61,628 nucleotides of DNA from an uncultured Deferribacteraceae bacterium (GTDB lineage: Bacteria; Chrysiogenota; Deferribacteres; CAMZNJ01), in NCBI GenBank assembly GCA_947313825.1, contig CAMZNJ010000012.1, positions 1-61,628 of the forward strand, given 5' to 3'. Below are positions 45,080-54,600 of the stretch, in pieces (positions within the stretch are counted from its first letter, which is position 1; each line of letters opens with the position of its first letter). Under the pieces are notes generated by a model that saw only the letters and a program-made list of their open reading frames with translations, was not told where the DNA came from and made no database searches. The position numbers were made by a program, and so were the translations under genes.

Positions 45080-45749
45080 AGTGAATTTGCCCATCCCTTA
45101 ACCATATTAATCTATCGCAATAACTCATTACGTCCTTGTCGTGTGTAGAAATTAGAAACGTTATTCCACTTGTTTTATTTAGCTGACTGACGAGTTCTAG
45201 AAAGCTTTCCGAGGTTTTTGAGTCCAAGTTTGCAGTGGGCTCATCCGCAAGGATAATCGCGGGGCTTGAGGCTAGTGCCCGTGCAATGGCAACGCGTTGT
45301 TGTTGCCCGCCAGAGAGTTGACGCGGATACCTACTATGCAGGTCGGCAATACCAACAGAGTCCAACGCCTCCATCGCCATGGCACGGCGTTCACTACGGG
45401 GCACCCCTTGGATGGTCAGAACGTACTCAGCATTCTCCACTGCAGTCAAAACAGGGATAAGGTTGTAGCTCTGAAAAATAAATCCCATTTTGTGGCGACG
45501 CAACGAGCTTTGCTGATGGCTTGTGTACCCTGTTGTGAGGTCGCCGTCCACGTAAATCACTCCGCTAGTGGGGGAGTCAAGTGCACCGATGAGGTTGAGG
45601 AGAGTAGATTTACCGCTACCGGAAGGACCACCCATGGCAGTCAGCTCCCCAGCTGTTATCTCCAGAGATACATCATTGACAGCAAGAACCTCAACATCAC
45701 CCTGTTTGTAAATTTTACTCACACTTTCAAGCTTTATAATAGACTTCAT
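45039..45749 (-). CDS. ABC transporter ATP-binding protein (MacB/LolD-like)
   Basis: Walker A GPSGSGKSTLLN, signature [15 protein letters not shown] and Walker B ILADEPTANLD. GGTGGAG lies 5 nt upstream of the ATG at 45749. Confidence 0.88.
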   Translation of the reverse strand: MKSIIKLESVSKIYKQGDVEVLAVNDVSLEITAGELTAMGGPSGSGKSTLLNLIGALDSPTSGVIYVDGDLTTGYTSHQQSSLRRHKMGFIFQSYNLIPVLTAVENAEYVLTIQGVPRSERRAMAMEALDSVGIADLHSRYPRQLSGGQQQRVAIARALASSPAIILADEPTANLDSKTSESFLELVSQLNKTSGITFLISTHDKDVMSYCDRLIWLRDGQIHYDGKEKEFNITTN

Positions 45750-45812
45750 ACAAACTCCACCATATTTCAGCACATGGCTCTATGGATAAGCACTAGCGTA
45801 CTTTAATTATTA

Positions 45813-47195
45813 TCACGACCTATCTGTTATATCAACATCTGTACATTTCTTCACGCCAACAAGGTTTAAAATAGCCGATGCAGCCCAAATATAGATAAAT
45901 GTTCCCCAGAAATTCGACATGCTCAGCCTAGCGTAAACTCGCAAATCGGAAAACTGGAAGAACAGCTCTGATATTTCGGATAAGTTAAGTATCTTGGCAA
46001 AATCAACACCGATATTTGAAAGGGGAATAAGGAGTAAAAACGTTAGCAAGCTGCCTATTACTGCACCCAAAAAGCCGTAAAGAACACCCTCGATTAAGAC
46101 CTGCAACCGTAAGTAGGTTGGCGATGATCCCAAAGAGAGGATTGTGGAAAATTCTCGCCTACGCTCAAAAACAGACAAAAGAAATATATTTAAAATACCG
46201 AGGATTATCAAAAATATGAGCATGTACGTAATAACCTTGACCAAAGCCCTGTCAAACGCAATAAACGAAACAATCTCAGGCTTAATCTCATCCCAACGAA
46301 ACACGGTGCGGGTATCTGTATTAAAAGAGCTCATGGCAGAATAAATACGCGGAAGGTTCTCAACGGCATCTATCTCAAGACCGATACGAGTGTACTCATT
46401 CGGACCCATTCCCAAAAGGGAGCGAAGGGTTTCGCGGTTGGTCAAAACAACACCGTCATCGTATTCGCTACCACTTGTGTCCAGAATACCGTATACGCGG
46501 AGAGATCGCATGCTCAACTCGCCACTCTTATCGCTAGCACCAACAACAACCCTACTCCCAACGCGAAGGTTAAGCTTCTCAGCCAAATCAACACCGATAA
46601 CAATACGATTAGTTGTGGTTTCGTCGATAAACTTGCCGTCAACAATACGACTCTTCAGGGGTATAACCTGATCGAACACATCAAAATCTGTGGCACGAAT
46701 GGAGACGCTCTTGGTGTTGTACGGAGACTGCACCACACCCGTTGCCAAAACATAAGGCTTAACATAAGTAACACCCTTAACATTGGCAATCTCCTCCAAC
46801 TCACTTGCAGTAACATTGATCGTATTGCCATTGGACGGATACTCGTAGTAAGTAGGGCTCTGAACAACAACAAAACCCTCTGTTGCCTTTATGTTTTCGG
46901 AGATGAGCTTGTGGAAAAAACCCTCACCAAGGCTAAGCCAAACCATGGTAAACGCCATGCCAGCTGCAAGTGTCAGTATAATCGCGAGGGAACGAAGCCT
47001 GTTACGCACCATGGTACGTATTGCCAAACGGAAGATCATGGCTAAGTTGCTGCCAACACCACCGTGTTGCTCTGTGCCCTTGGGTTTGTGGGGCACTGAC
47101 GCTGATGACGACGAATAGGAATCGCTATGTTTACGACTACCATTGCCATTATGCTTATCGGTGCGTCCTTCCAAGTTACTCTCGGGTCTAGCCAT
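45813..47195 (-). CDS. FtsX/MacB-type ABC transporter permease (second of pair)
   Basis: TM1 (RLRSLAIILTLAAGMAF), a large periplasmic domain and a C-terminal 3-TM FtsX bundle. The ATG at 47195 overlaps the stop of the upstream permease gene (ATGGCTAG). An S/H/K-rich cytoplasmic N-tail precedes TM1. Confidence 0.82.
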   Translation of the reverse strand: MARPESNLEGRTDKHNGNGSRKHSDSYSSSSASVPHKPKGTEQHGGVGSNLAMIFRLAIRTMVRNRLRSLAIILTLAAGMAFTMVWLSLGEGFFHKLISENIKATEGFVVVQSPTYYEYPSNGNTINVTASELEEIANVKGVTYVKPYVLATGVVQSPYNTKSVSIRATDFDVFDQVIPLKSRIVDGKFIDETTTNRIVIGVDLAEKLNLRVGSRVVVGASDKSGELSMRSLRVYGILDTSGSEYDDGVVLTNRETLRSLLGMGPNEYTRIGLEIDAVENLPRIYSAMSSFNTDTRTVFRWDEIKPEIVSFIAFDRALVKVITYMLIFLIILGILNIFLLSVFERRREFSTILSLGSSPTYLRLQVLIEGVLYGFLGAVIGSLLTFLLLIPLSNIGVDFAKILNLSEISELFFQFSDLRVYARLSMSNFWGTFIYIWAASAILNLVGVKKCTDVDITDRS

Positions 47196-48414
47196 GCTGC
47201 AACCCCCTAACAGTATCAATACGTAAAACCTTCCAGGCAGGGTAAAGGGACGTCAGCAGAACTATGCCCATAATCGACAGGGGCACAGTGATGTAAAGCG
47301 ACGGCACAACCGCACCGTACAACAGCGGATCGAAATAAACACCCCCCAAAGAAACAACGGGCAACACGTTGGAAAAATCTATGCCAACAATTTTGATGTA
47401 AGCGTTGATAGGTATCGCAATTGCTATCCCCACAACAATACCCACAGACGACACAAACAACGCCTCAAGGGACGTCATTATAAACAAGTAGTGGGGGCGT
47501 GTGCCCAGTGCACTCATGATGGCGTACTCGCGAATACGCTCGTTTACCGAGATGATCATTAAGTTGAGGATGCCGATGGCAACAGCAAGACCAAAAATTA
47601 CAACATATAAATAAACAAAACCGTCAAGAAGCTGAAACATCTGATTAAGGGACGGGTTCGACTCGTACCAACGTAAAATCTCATCCACGTTACCAAGCTC
47701 ATTATTGAGCGCCATGAGCTTGTCGTAAAACGGCTCCAAAGCTACTGAAGGCATATTGAACACAATTTCGTGGGGGAGGTCGTTCGTGCGAAATAGATCC
47801 TGAAACTCAGTACGGGGCATGAAAATAGCAACGCGATCAGATTCTTCATTCAAAGGACCGAAAATACCACGAATATGGTAGATCTCATTGGCAAAAGAAC
47901 CATCGTAAGCAGAGCCGAGGAATACTAGCTCGCTGCCAAGGCTCAGGTTGAGGTACTGTGCTAGAACACGACCAACAACGATACCCTTGGGATCATCCTC
48001 CGAGATAAATTCACCTTGAAGAACGCTGTTAGGGATGACAGTTGTGTTGGCTTCAGCAGCGGGGTTCACCGCAACGATGGCAACACCTGTGGAAAGGGTG
48101 TCGGATGAACCAAGACCAGAGGCATAACTACGCACAGAGTAGGAGACACCCTCAGACTCAGCAAGGGATATGTAGGACTCATTGGCCAAAATAGGCTCGT
48201 AAATACTGTTGGTATCGCTAAATAAGTGTGAGCGTACGGCAATCTTGCCGATAACATCGGTGAGGTCATCCTCGGTTTTGAAGATGAAGCCACTAATCAA
48301 GGATTGGAATACTATAATCAGAGCCGTCGCAATAGCAACAGCCACAACCATAATACTACTCCGAGTAGGGTTACGCAAAACATTTCGTGCTGCAATAAAT
48401 GGTACTTGTCTCAT
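47188..48414 (-). CDS. FtsX/MacB-type ABC transporter permease (first of pair)
   Basis: FIAARNVLRNPTRSSIMVVAVAIA N-terminus, a large periplasmic domain and a C-terminal FtsX bundle. ATG at 48414; the maximal ORF starts at a TTG at 48441. Confidence 0.82.
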   Translation of the reverse strand: MRQVPFIAARNVLRNPTRSSIMVVAVAIATALIIVFQSLISGFIFKTEDDLTDVIGKIAVRSHLFSDTNSIYEPILANESYISLAESEGVSYSVRSYASGLGSSDTLSTGVAIVAVNPAAEANTTVIPNSVLQGEFISEDDPKGIVVGRVLAQYLNLSLGSELVFLGSAYDGSFANEIYHIRGIFGPLNEESDRVAIFMPRTEFQDLFRTNDLPHEIVFNMPSVALEPFYDKLMALNNELGNVDEILRWYESNPSLNQMFQLLDGFVYLYVVIFGLAVAIGILNLMIISVNERIREYAIMSALGTRPHYLFIMTSLEALFVSSVGIVVGIAIAIPINAYIKIVGIDFSNVLPVVSLGGVYFDPLLYGAVVPSLYITVPLSIMGIVLLTSLYPAWKVLRIDTVRGLQHG

Positions 48415-48549
48415 AATAACTATTATATTAACCAACGACAAGGGGTTCTGTCAACACTAAAATAATAAAAATAGCTATCAATGGAAATATTTCGTTAGAA
48501 TAATTTTTTGGCAACGGGTAGATGCTAGGTGTGGCAGTGAGCGGAGCCC

Positions 48550-48871
48550 TTTCGTAACGTACGCAACCGCGACCAACGTACGAAACTGCGACCGAGGCAC
48601 ACGCACACTAACGTACACGAACGCATGCAACTGCGATCAACTAACGTACGCGAAACCGCAACCGAGGTACACGTACACTAACGTACGCAACCGCATGCAA
48701 CGTACACGACCGCGACCAACGTACACGTACGCAACCGCGACCAATGTACACGTACACTAACGTACGCGAGACCGCGACCGAGGCACACGTATACGCACAC
48801 TAACGCATGCAACTGCGATCAACTAACGCACACGACCGCAACCGAGGCACACGCACGCAACGTACACGCAA
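48550..48871. repeat. About 320-bp A+C+G-rich nested minisatellite block
   Basis: Short motifs (ACGTACAC, CGCAACCGCGACC, CGACCGAGGCACACG, CACTAACG) are organised in a higher-order unit seen twice (about 48588-48680 and 48771-48860). Occupies the spacer between the LolA-like gene stop and the first permease gene. Confidence 0.85.
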
Positions 48872-49696
48872 CTAGCGTATGCGACGAATGTTCGTCAACG
48901 AGAAGAAGTTGCGAGCAATCGGCGTGTCAAACACTAGTGAATCGTACTGAAAAACAGTGTACTGACCCTCCACTAACTCATTGGTAGCAACGATACGTAG
49001 CGGAGTTAGCTTCCCGTCAATCGTTTGAACATCGGAAAACTTTTTAACACGCACAATCTCACCAAGATCGTCGTAATATTCTTCTACTACAGGGAGCCCC
49101 GTCTTAGGGGAAACATGGAGAACCACCTTGTCCCAGATAATCGCGGAATCTTTGTCGGGGATGCACTGCAAGGTTTGCTCAACACGGTCGTCCCGCGTTA
49201 CTTCGCAAACATAGTCTTCCGTAAATGTGTTCGACTCAACAAGGTCGTTGTTGGTGATATCGCTCCCCATCCAGCCGTCGTCCATGAGGGATGACGGAAC
49301 TTTGATAATTCTGTCGGTTTTGGGGAGGTAGTTGTAAACAAGGTCGTCGACCATTAGCGTTGCTGTGCCCCTGTCGATCCTAGGTTGGTCAACCATGACG
49401 ATAAAGTTGTCCGTCCCTTCGCTCCAAGTGCGTAGGGATAGGGTTCGGGTAAACCTAGAGTTATGAATGGTCATCGTCGCCTTGCCTTTGGTTGTTTCGG
49501 AGCGGAAGAGGTTATCCACCCCCCTTAAAATCTCCAACGCACGTGCATCGGTGGTCTTGGCAAACGAAACTGATGGTGTGAATGAAAACGTGAGTAAAAG
49601 CAGGATGACGGCAACACTAAGGAGAATAGTATTACGTACACCACCAGAGCCAAAACGAGCCAAACCGTAAACCCCAACACCAAAATATCCGAACAT
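48872..49696 (-). CDS. LolA-like outer membrane lipoprotein-sorting protein family protein
   Basis: Signal/TM segment followed by the LolA_like pattern (ALEILRGVDNLF...KATMTIHNSRFTRTLSLRTWSEG...MGSDITNNDL...YTVFQYDSLVFDTPI..FFSL). AGAGGG RBS. Confidence 0.7.
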   Translation of the reverse strand: MFGYFGVGVYGLARFGSGGVRNTILLSVAVILLLLTFSFTPSVSFAKTTDARALEILRGVDNLFRSETTKGKATMTIHNSRFTRTLSLRTWSEGTDNFIVMVDQPRIDRGTATLMVDDLVYNYLPKTDRIIKVPSSLMDDGWMGSDITNNDLVESNTFTEDYVCEVTRDDRVEQTLQCIPDKDSAIIWDKVVLHVSPKTGLPVVEEYYDDLGEIVRVKKFSDVQTIDGKLTPLRIVATNELVEGQYTVFQYDSLVFDTPIARNFFSLTNIRRIR

Positions 49697-49833
49697 AGAC
49701 GAACCCTCTTAAACAAATTAAGACTATTTTTATTTATATCAACTTCATTTATATCAACAATATTTAAAAAAGTAAACAGTTAGCAAAATCACTCTTCAGC
49801 AGCAAGGAAAACCACGTTGGCAGTATTACAGTG

Positions 49834-49925
49834 CGTTAACAGTGGCGAACCGTGTCGTGCCAAATACCATATTAGTAGCACTAGCTACACGTTAACAGTG
49901 GCGAACCGTGTCGTGCCAAATACCA
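49834..49925. repeat. 36-bp direct repeat CGTTAACAGTGGCGAACCGTGTCGTGCCAAATACCA, 2 copies with 56-bp period
   Basis: Exact copies at 49834-49869 and 49890-49925, inside a 770-bp ORF-poor region. Confidence 0.9.
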
Positions 49926-50467
49926 CGTGAGCTGTACTAATTATAAGTGTTCCTCGGGCTCGTGTCAAGGGAATATTGTGCCCTAGCACACAGTAAAGCA
50001 AGCTCCCCAACTTTGCTCTGTAAAGCAGTAATCTGCCTGTAAATAGGCACCCTACTGCCGTACTTGAACTACGCGATAATCTACTATTTGTAGCAAAATT
50101 ATCCCATGAGTACTGCAAATATGCCCTCGAGCAAGTCAGGCCTCGAGCAAGTCAGGGTTGGTAGCTCACAATTCGGCTCATCACCAATTAATAATATACT
50201 ATGCAATTTGCCCTTAGTCAACAATAAAAAATATTTCCTGAATACTTCTCTGATACTTAATATTTTTACTATTCGCTTTTGCACCGAGACGCAACTATGT
50301 GCTTAGAGTTTAGTCGCCACACACCTTCATTGGTTCTTTATTTTTTCTGTTTACGTGGCATATTTTTTGCTCAACAAACTCTATGACGCGTCCCTTACGC
50401 TATTGAATATATCTCAAGGTTCTGGTATGATCCTCTCAAGTGATTATCTCAGCTTGGTGCATAAATT

Positions 50468-51301
50468 ATGAAAAAATACGTTATCTTTCTTGTTATTGTT
50501 CTCGCGACGATGGCGATGGGTATTGCCGCTCAAACAAGTATCCCCGACTCCCTTCGCAAGTACTACCCACCATACTCCCACAACTATGAGTTCTACAACA
50601 ACATGCGTAATCAGGAGATCGCTTTGATGTCCCTCAAGGATGGCATCGACCGAGGCGACTGGGTTGCAATCGAGAAGTGGTCCCTGTCCCTCAGTTTTCT
50701 CAATCAAAGAGCCAACGCCATGGTTCCCGAGTGGAAGGACTACGAACGCGACCGCACCTACGTGGAGCTACTGAAGATTATCAACAGCAACAACTCAGAA
50801 AATAGGGGTATCGGTCAGATTTCGACCCTCTACAACACCGTCGTTGTTTCGTGTGATTCGTGCCACACCGTCAACCTTGCCAACACAAAACGTGTGTTCT
50901 ACTCCAATTTTGTAAACAGAAACACAACTATTCTGAGCAACTACAACAAACAGGTTTACACGTACAAATCGTACATGGAATTCATGAACAGCAACCTCAA
51001 GGGGATGGTTGTTGCCTCCCTAAACAGCAACTGGCGTAGCTCTGCACAGAAGTTTAACGCTTTCTTTTCCTCTTATGAGCAGCTTGAGGAGACGTGTGCG
51101 TCATGCCACAGCGATCAGGCTAGTATCGACCGCTTTTTTGGTAAAAGCTACCTACGCCAAAAAGCACGTATTCAGCTGGATATTTCCAAGCGTTTGTCCG
51201 ACAACCTGTCGTACGATGTTCGCAGCTTTGAGGACAACTATTGTCAGAGCTGCCACAACACGCATAGATGGACAGATCCTGCACTTTTCAACAAGAAATA
51301 A
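50468..51301 (+). CDS. Secreted putative multihaem c-type cytochrome (three CxxCH motifs)
   Basis: Signal peptide MKKYVIFLVIVLATMAMGIAAQ. Haem-binding motifs CDSCH (aa 129-133), CASCH (210-214) and CQSCH (259-263). The helical segments preceding the first two motifs are reminiscent of class II cytochromes c. Confidence 0.55.
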   Translation: MKKYVIFLVIVLATMAMGIAAQTSIPDSLRKYYPPYSHNYEFYNNMRNQEIALMSLKDGIDRGDWVAIEKWSLSLSFLNQRANAMVPEWKDYERDRTYVELLKIINSNNSENRGIGQISTLYNTVVVSCDSCHTVNLANTKRVFYSNFVNRNTTILSNYNKQVYTYKSYMEFMNSNLKGMVVASLNSNWRSSAQKFNAFFSSYEQLEETCASCHSDQASIDRFFGKSYLRQKARIQLDISKRLSDNLSYDVRSFEDNYCQSCHNTHRWTDPALFNKK

Positions 51302-51402
51302 CCTGTTTTTTCAAAAAAAATAGAATTTTTCATTGATATCACATACCTCTAAGTATATAGTATTATTTGTACTGGGTGTACTAAACATATTAGAGAAACG
51401 AG

Positions 51403-52698
51403 GTGTGTGTGTCTTCCAAGACATTATCTGCCTGCTCTTTACGGGTTTCTTCTGCGTATTATTTTACGTATCCACTGCTATTCCTGTTTTTAGCAGCATT
51501 ATTTTTAACCTCCAATACCTCCTTTGCCGACACGGGCGTTGGTCCTGATAATAGGCGTGTTGCGAACCTGAAGGAGATACGTGGAAAAAATATTGTTGAT
51601 CAGTCCGACGTGGCTGTTCGTCAACTTTCACAAAGTGCTTTAAATAGCACACCTATTATCGTGCCCAAACGCGACAATATCACCGATTCACAAAGCTTAA
51701 CAGCCCAAAACTGGCAACCGCCTAAACTCCTCAACATTCTTGATGCCCGCGAACTTTCCGCCTACGGTTCACAGTTCGACAACACCACTGACGCACAACT
51801 CGTACTTGCGTACCTGCATATTGAGCAAGAACACTACAACACAGCCCTCAAAATACTGCAGGAGGCATCTGTTCTAGAGCCGTACGATGGTCGCATTCAG
51901 TTTTTGTCAGGCATTGCCTACCTCCTATCTGGCTCCTACTACTCGGCAATCACTAGCCTCAACCGCTCACTGAAGCTCCAAGGGGAAGCCCTAGCCCAAC
52001 CCAACGCACCACTTTCAGTCAACAACCTCTTTGCCGCTGATATTGCACCGTGCACTTACTACAGCCTTGCCATGGCTCAAACCCTTGCCGGCAGGCACTC
52101 CCAAGCGTACAACACTAGCACAGCCTTGATCAACTCATACAAAACAGGGGGCACCACCGCACCCACCAACCTACCACTACTCAAACCCCAAAAAACAGGG
52201 ACGGCTTGCTTCTACAACCTTCAAAAGCAGGTACTGAGATTAATCCCCAACGGCGGTCTGTCGGATGCCTCCCTCCGCAAGGTGCACCCCCTAGATGCCA
52301 ACATGCAACTTGCCATACTCTACTACTTGCGTGCAGTAATACTTAGCAATGCAAAATACTTTGAGGAAGCAGTAGGGGACGACAAACAAGCCATCAAACT
52401 TGTTCCCAACGAAATCGCATTCCAAAACCACCTCGCCTACAACTACATGGAGGCAAAAGAATACCGAAAAGCAGTGGAGCAACAACTATCCATCATCGCA
52501 ACCTTTGGCGGCTCAGCATACTCTTACAACGCCCTATCCCTAGCGTACACACTGTACGGTGCACTGGAAAGCGACAACCACCTGTTTTACCAGCAAAAAG
52601 CCAAAGAAGCCTCCTACAACGCCTGCTACTTCTACCAAGACTGCACGATGTACAACGCCATTAACAACGGCGACGTCTTTGTCGAACAATTGTATTGA
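51403..52698 (+). CDS. TPR-repeat protein with signal sequence
   Basis: N-terminal hydrophobic leader, then repeated about 34-aa A/Y/L-patterned helical pairs (e.g. LVLAYLHIEQEHYNTALKILQEA, AILYYLRAVILSNAKYFEEAVGDDKQAIKL). GTG start with GAGGT upstream. Confidence 0.65.
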   Translation: MCVSSKTLSACSLRVSSAYYFTYPLLFLFLAALFLTSNTSFADTGVGPDNRRVANLKEIRGKNIVDQSDVAVRQLSQSALNSTPIIVPKRDNITDSQSLTAQNWQPPKLLNILDARELSAYGSQFDNTTDAQLVLAYLHIEQEHYNTALKILQEASVLEPYDGRIQFLSGIAYLLSGSYYSAITSLNRSLKLQGEALAQPNAPLSVNNLFAADIAPCTYYSLAMAQTLAGRHSQAYNTSTALINSYKTGGTTAPTNLPLLKPQKTGTACFYNLQKQVLRLIPNGGLSDASLRKVHPLDANMQLAILYYLRAVILSNAKYFEEAVGDDKQAIKLVPNEIAFQNHLAYNYMEAKEYRKAVEQQLSIIATFGGSAYSYNALSLAYTLYGALESDNHLFYQQKAKEASYNACYFYQDCTMYNAINNGDVFVEQLY

Positions 52699-52755
52699 AA
52701 AAAAGACGCCTTGCCTGTATTATGAAATGAATAAGTAACACCGAATACGAATCAT

Positions 52756-53631
52756 GTGAGATCAAGAATGAACCATATTGCCAGCGAAATACTTAACAAC
52801 CACACAACACAACCACTCTACCAACAACCTGTTTCACTAGATGACAAATACAACATGGAAGACCTCGCCAACCTACTCCATAATACGTTTGCAAGACCAT
52901 CAGCATCAGCATCAGCATCGTCATCAGCATCGTCATCAGAAAACAACGCCCTTGACGAACTCAACAATGACAGTAGAAGTAACGACAACAGTACCGACGG
53001 CGATATCCGTACCGTAAATGTGGACCATGCCCGCAATATCCTCAACCACCTCTTGGCATCACTGGAATCCCACGGCACACAGAGCTCACACGGCTCGCAC
53101 GGCGGGTTTCAACACCCTCACCCCACTGCCCCAACACACACCACGCCCCACAACACAACACACCACAACGCAACACACCCCACTAGCGAACAGGTTACCA
53201 TTCGCGTACACCGTTCCCCCAATGCCAAGCTCCCCACCTACGGAAGCACAGAGGCTGCTGGTGCCGACATATCCGCACTCAATGGCGGCATAATCAACCC
53301 CGGTCAGCGTGTTCTCATCGCCACAGGGTTACGCATGGAAATCCCACAAGGGTACGAGATACAAATACGACCTCGTAGCGGTCTCGCACTTAAGAAAGGT
53401 ATCACCATGCTGAACACCCCCGGAACCATCGACAGCGACTACAGAGGCGAAATAGGACTCATCGCCATTAACCACTCCCAAGAAGTTTTCCGCTACGAAA
53501 AAGGGGACAGGCTTGCACAGGCAGTTGTTGCCCCCGTTTTACGTGCAACCTTTCATGACTCAGAACCACACCAATCCCTTAGCGAATCAGAGCGTGGGAG
53601 CGGCGGATTCGGCTCCACAGGGATTAGCTAA
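52756..53631 (+). CDS. dut: dUTP diphosphatase with about 140-aa low-complexity N-terminal extension
   Basis: The C-terminal about 150 aa carry dUTPase motifs ([40 protein letters not shown]). The N-terminal region is S/A/H/T-rich, and no ATG lies between aa 34 and the conserved domain. Confidence 0.85.
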   Translation: MRSRMNHIASEILNNHTTQPLYQQPVSLDDKYNMEDLANLLHNTFARPSASASASSSASSSENNALDELNNDSRSNDNSTDGDIRTVNVDHARNILNHLLASLESHGTQSSHGSHGGFQHPHPTAPTHTTPHNTTHHNATHPTSEQVTIRVHRSPNAKLPTYGSTEAAGADISALNGGIINPGQRVLIATGLRMEIPQGYEIQIRPRSGLALKKGITMLNTPGTIDSDYRGEIGLIAINHSQEVFRYEKGDRLAQAVVAPVLRATFHDSEPHQSLSESERGSGGFGSTGIS

Positions 53632-53698
53632 CCCCCCAACAACAGCAATAACACACAGCCCCACCTAACACATATTTATAGCAAACAGAGGCACACGA

Positions 53699-54598
53699 AT
53701 GACATTTCAATACGGACACACTGTTGTACTAGTCAACGAAAAGGGGCACAAACACCTCATACCACTCAAAGAAGACGGGGTATTCCATACTCAATACGGA
53801 ACCATCACACACGAAAGCATTTGCAACTCTGGGGACGGTGCACGCGTACTCACCTCCAAAAAACACCCCTACTTCGCCTTCTCCCTCACCTACTCCGACT
53901 TCGTAATGAACATCAAACGTAACGCCCAAATCATCTACCCCAAAGACTCCTCCGTTATGATGACTTGGGGGGATATTTTCACCGGTGCAAAAGTTTTAGA
54001 AGCCGGCATCGGGCAAGGTGCGTTATCCATCAAAATACTGCAATCCATCGGTGGCGACGGACTACTCGTAAGCTACGAAAAACGTGAAGACTTTGCTCTA
54101 CAATCACAAAAGTTTATTCGCCAATACCTCGTCGAAAGCTCCAAAACCCCCCTCCCATTGGACAAAATGCACCGTGTGGAGATACGCGATATCTATGAAG
54201 GGATTGAAGAAACATTCGAACGAATCATGCTTGACCTACCCGAACCGTGGCAAGTTATCCCACATATGCACAACTCCCTCGAAAATGGCGGCATTGTTGT
54301 GGCTTACCTACCATCCATCATACAAGTATCCAAATACGTGGACGCACTGGAAGCATCAGGAATATTTCGCGAAATCGAAACTTTCGAACTAATACTCAGA
54401 CCATGGAAAGTTTCAGGACGTGCTGTACGACCCGAAATGTGGACTTACAACCACTCCGCTTTTATCATCAAAGCACGCAAAGTTGCCAAAGCTGACAACA
54501 AACCTAGCCAAACCCATAAAACTAGTGAAGCTAGTGATACCACTAACACCAACGATACCAACGATACCAACGATACCACGCCACAAAAGGAACAGTAA
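53699..54598 (+). CDS. trmI: tRNA (adenine-N1)-methyltransferase TrmI (GCD14 family)
   Basis: N-terminal beta-domain (HTVVLVNEKGHKHLIPL...HTQYGTITHESI), IIYPKDSS and SAM motif VLEAGIGQGALS. C-terminal (TNDTNDTND) tail from a 9-nt repeat. Confidence 0.82.
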   Translation: MTFQYGHTVVLVNEKGHKHLIPLKEDGVFHTQYGTITHESICNSGDGARVLTSKKHPYFAFSLTYSDFVMNIKRNAQIIYPKDSSVMMTWGDIFTGAKVLEAGIGQGALSIKILQSIGGDGLLVSYEKREDFALQSQKFIRQYLVESSKTPLPLDKMHRVEIRDIYEGIEETFERIMLDLPEPWQVIPHMHNSLENGGIVVAYLPSIIQVSKYVDALEASGIFREIETFELILRPWKVSGRAVRPEMWTYNHSAFIIKARKVAKADNKPSQTHKTSEASDTTNTNDTNDTNDTTPQKEQ

Positions 54599-54600
54599 AC

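Noticed and set aside
49697-50467. tRNA, tmRNA, RNase P RNA or SRP RNA in the large non-coding region (also checked 41834-42680)
   Set aside because: No T-loop GGTTCGAATCC-type motif, no GAGGAAAGTCC P4 motif, no tmRNA tag-like reading frame ending in AA-stop, and no SRP GGAA tetraloop context were visible by eye. This needs a covariance-model scan to be decisive.
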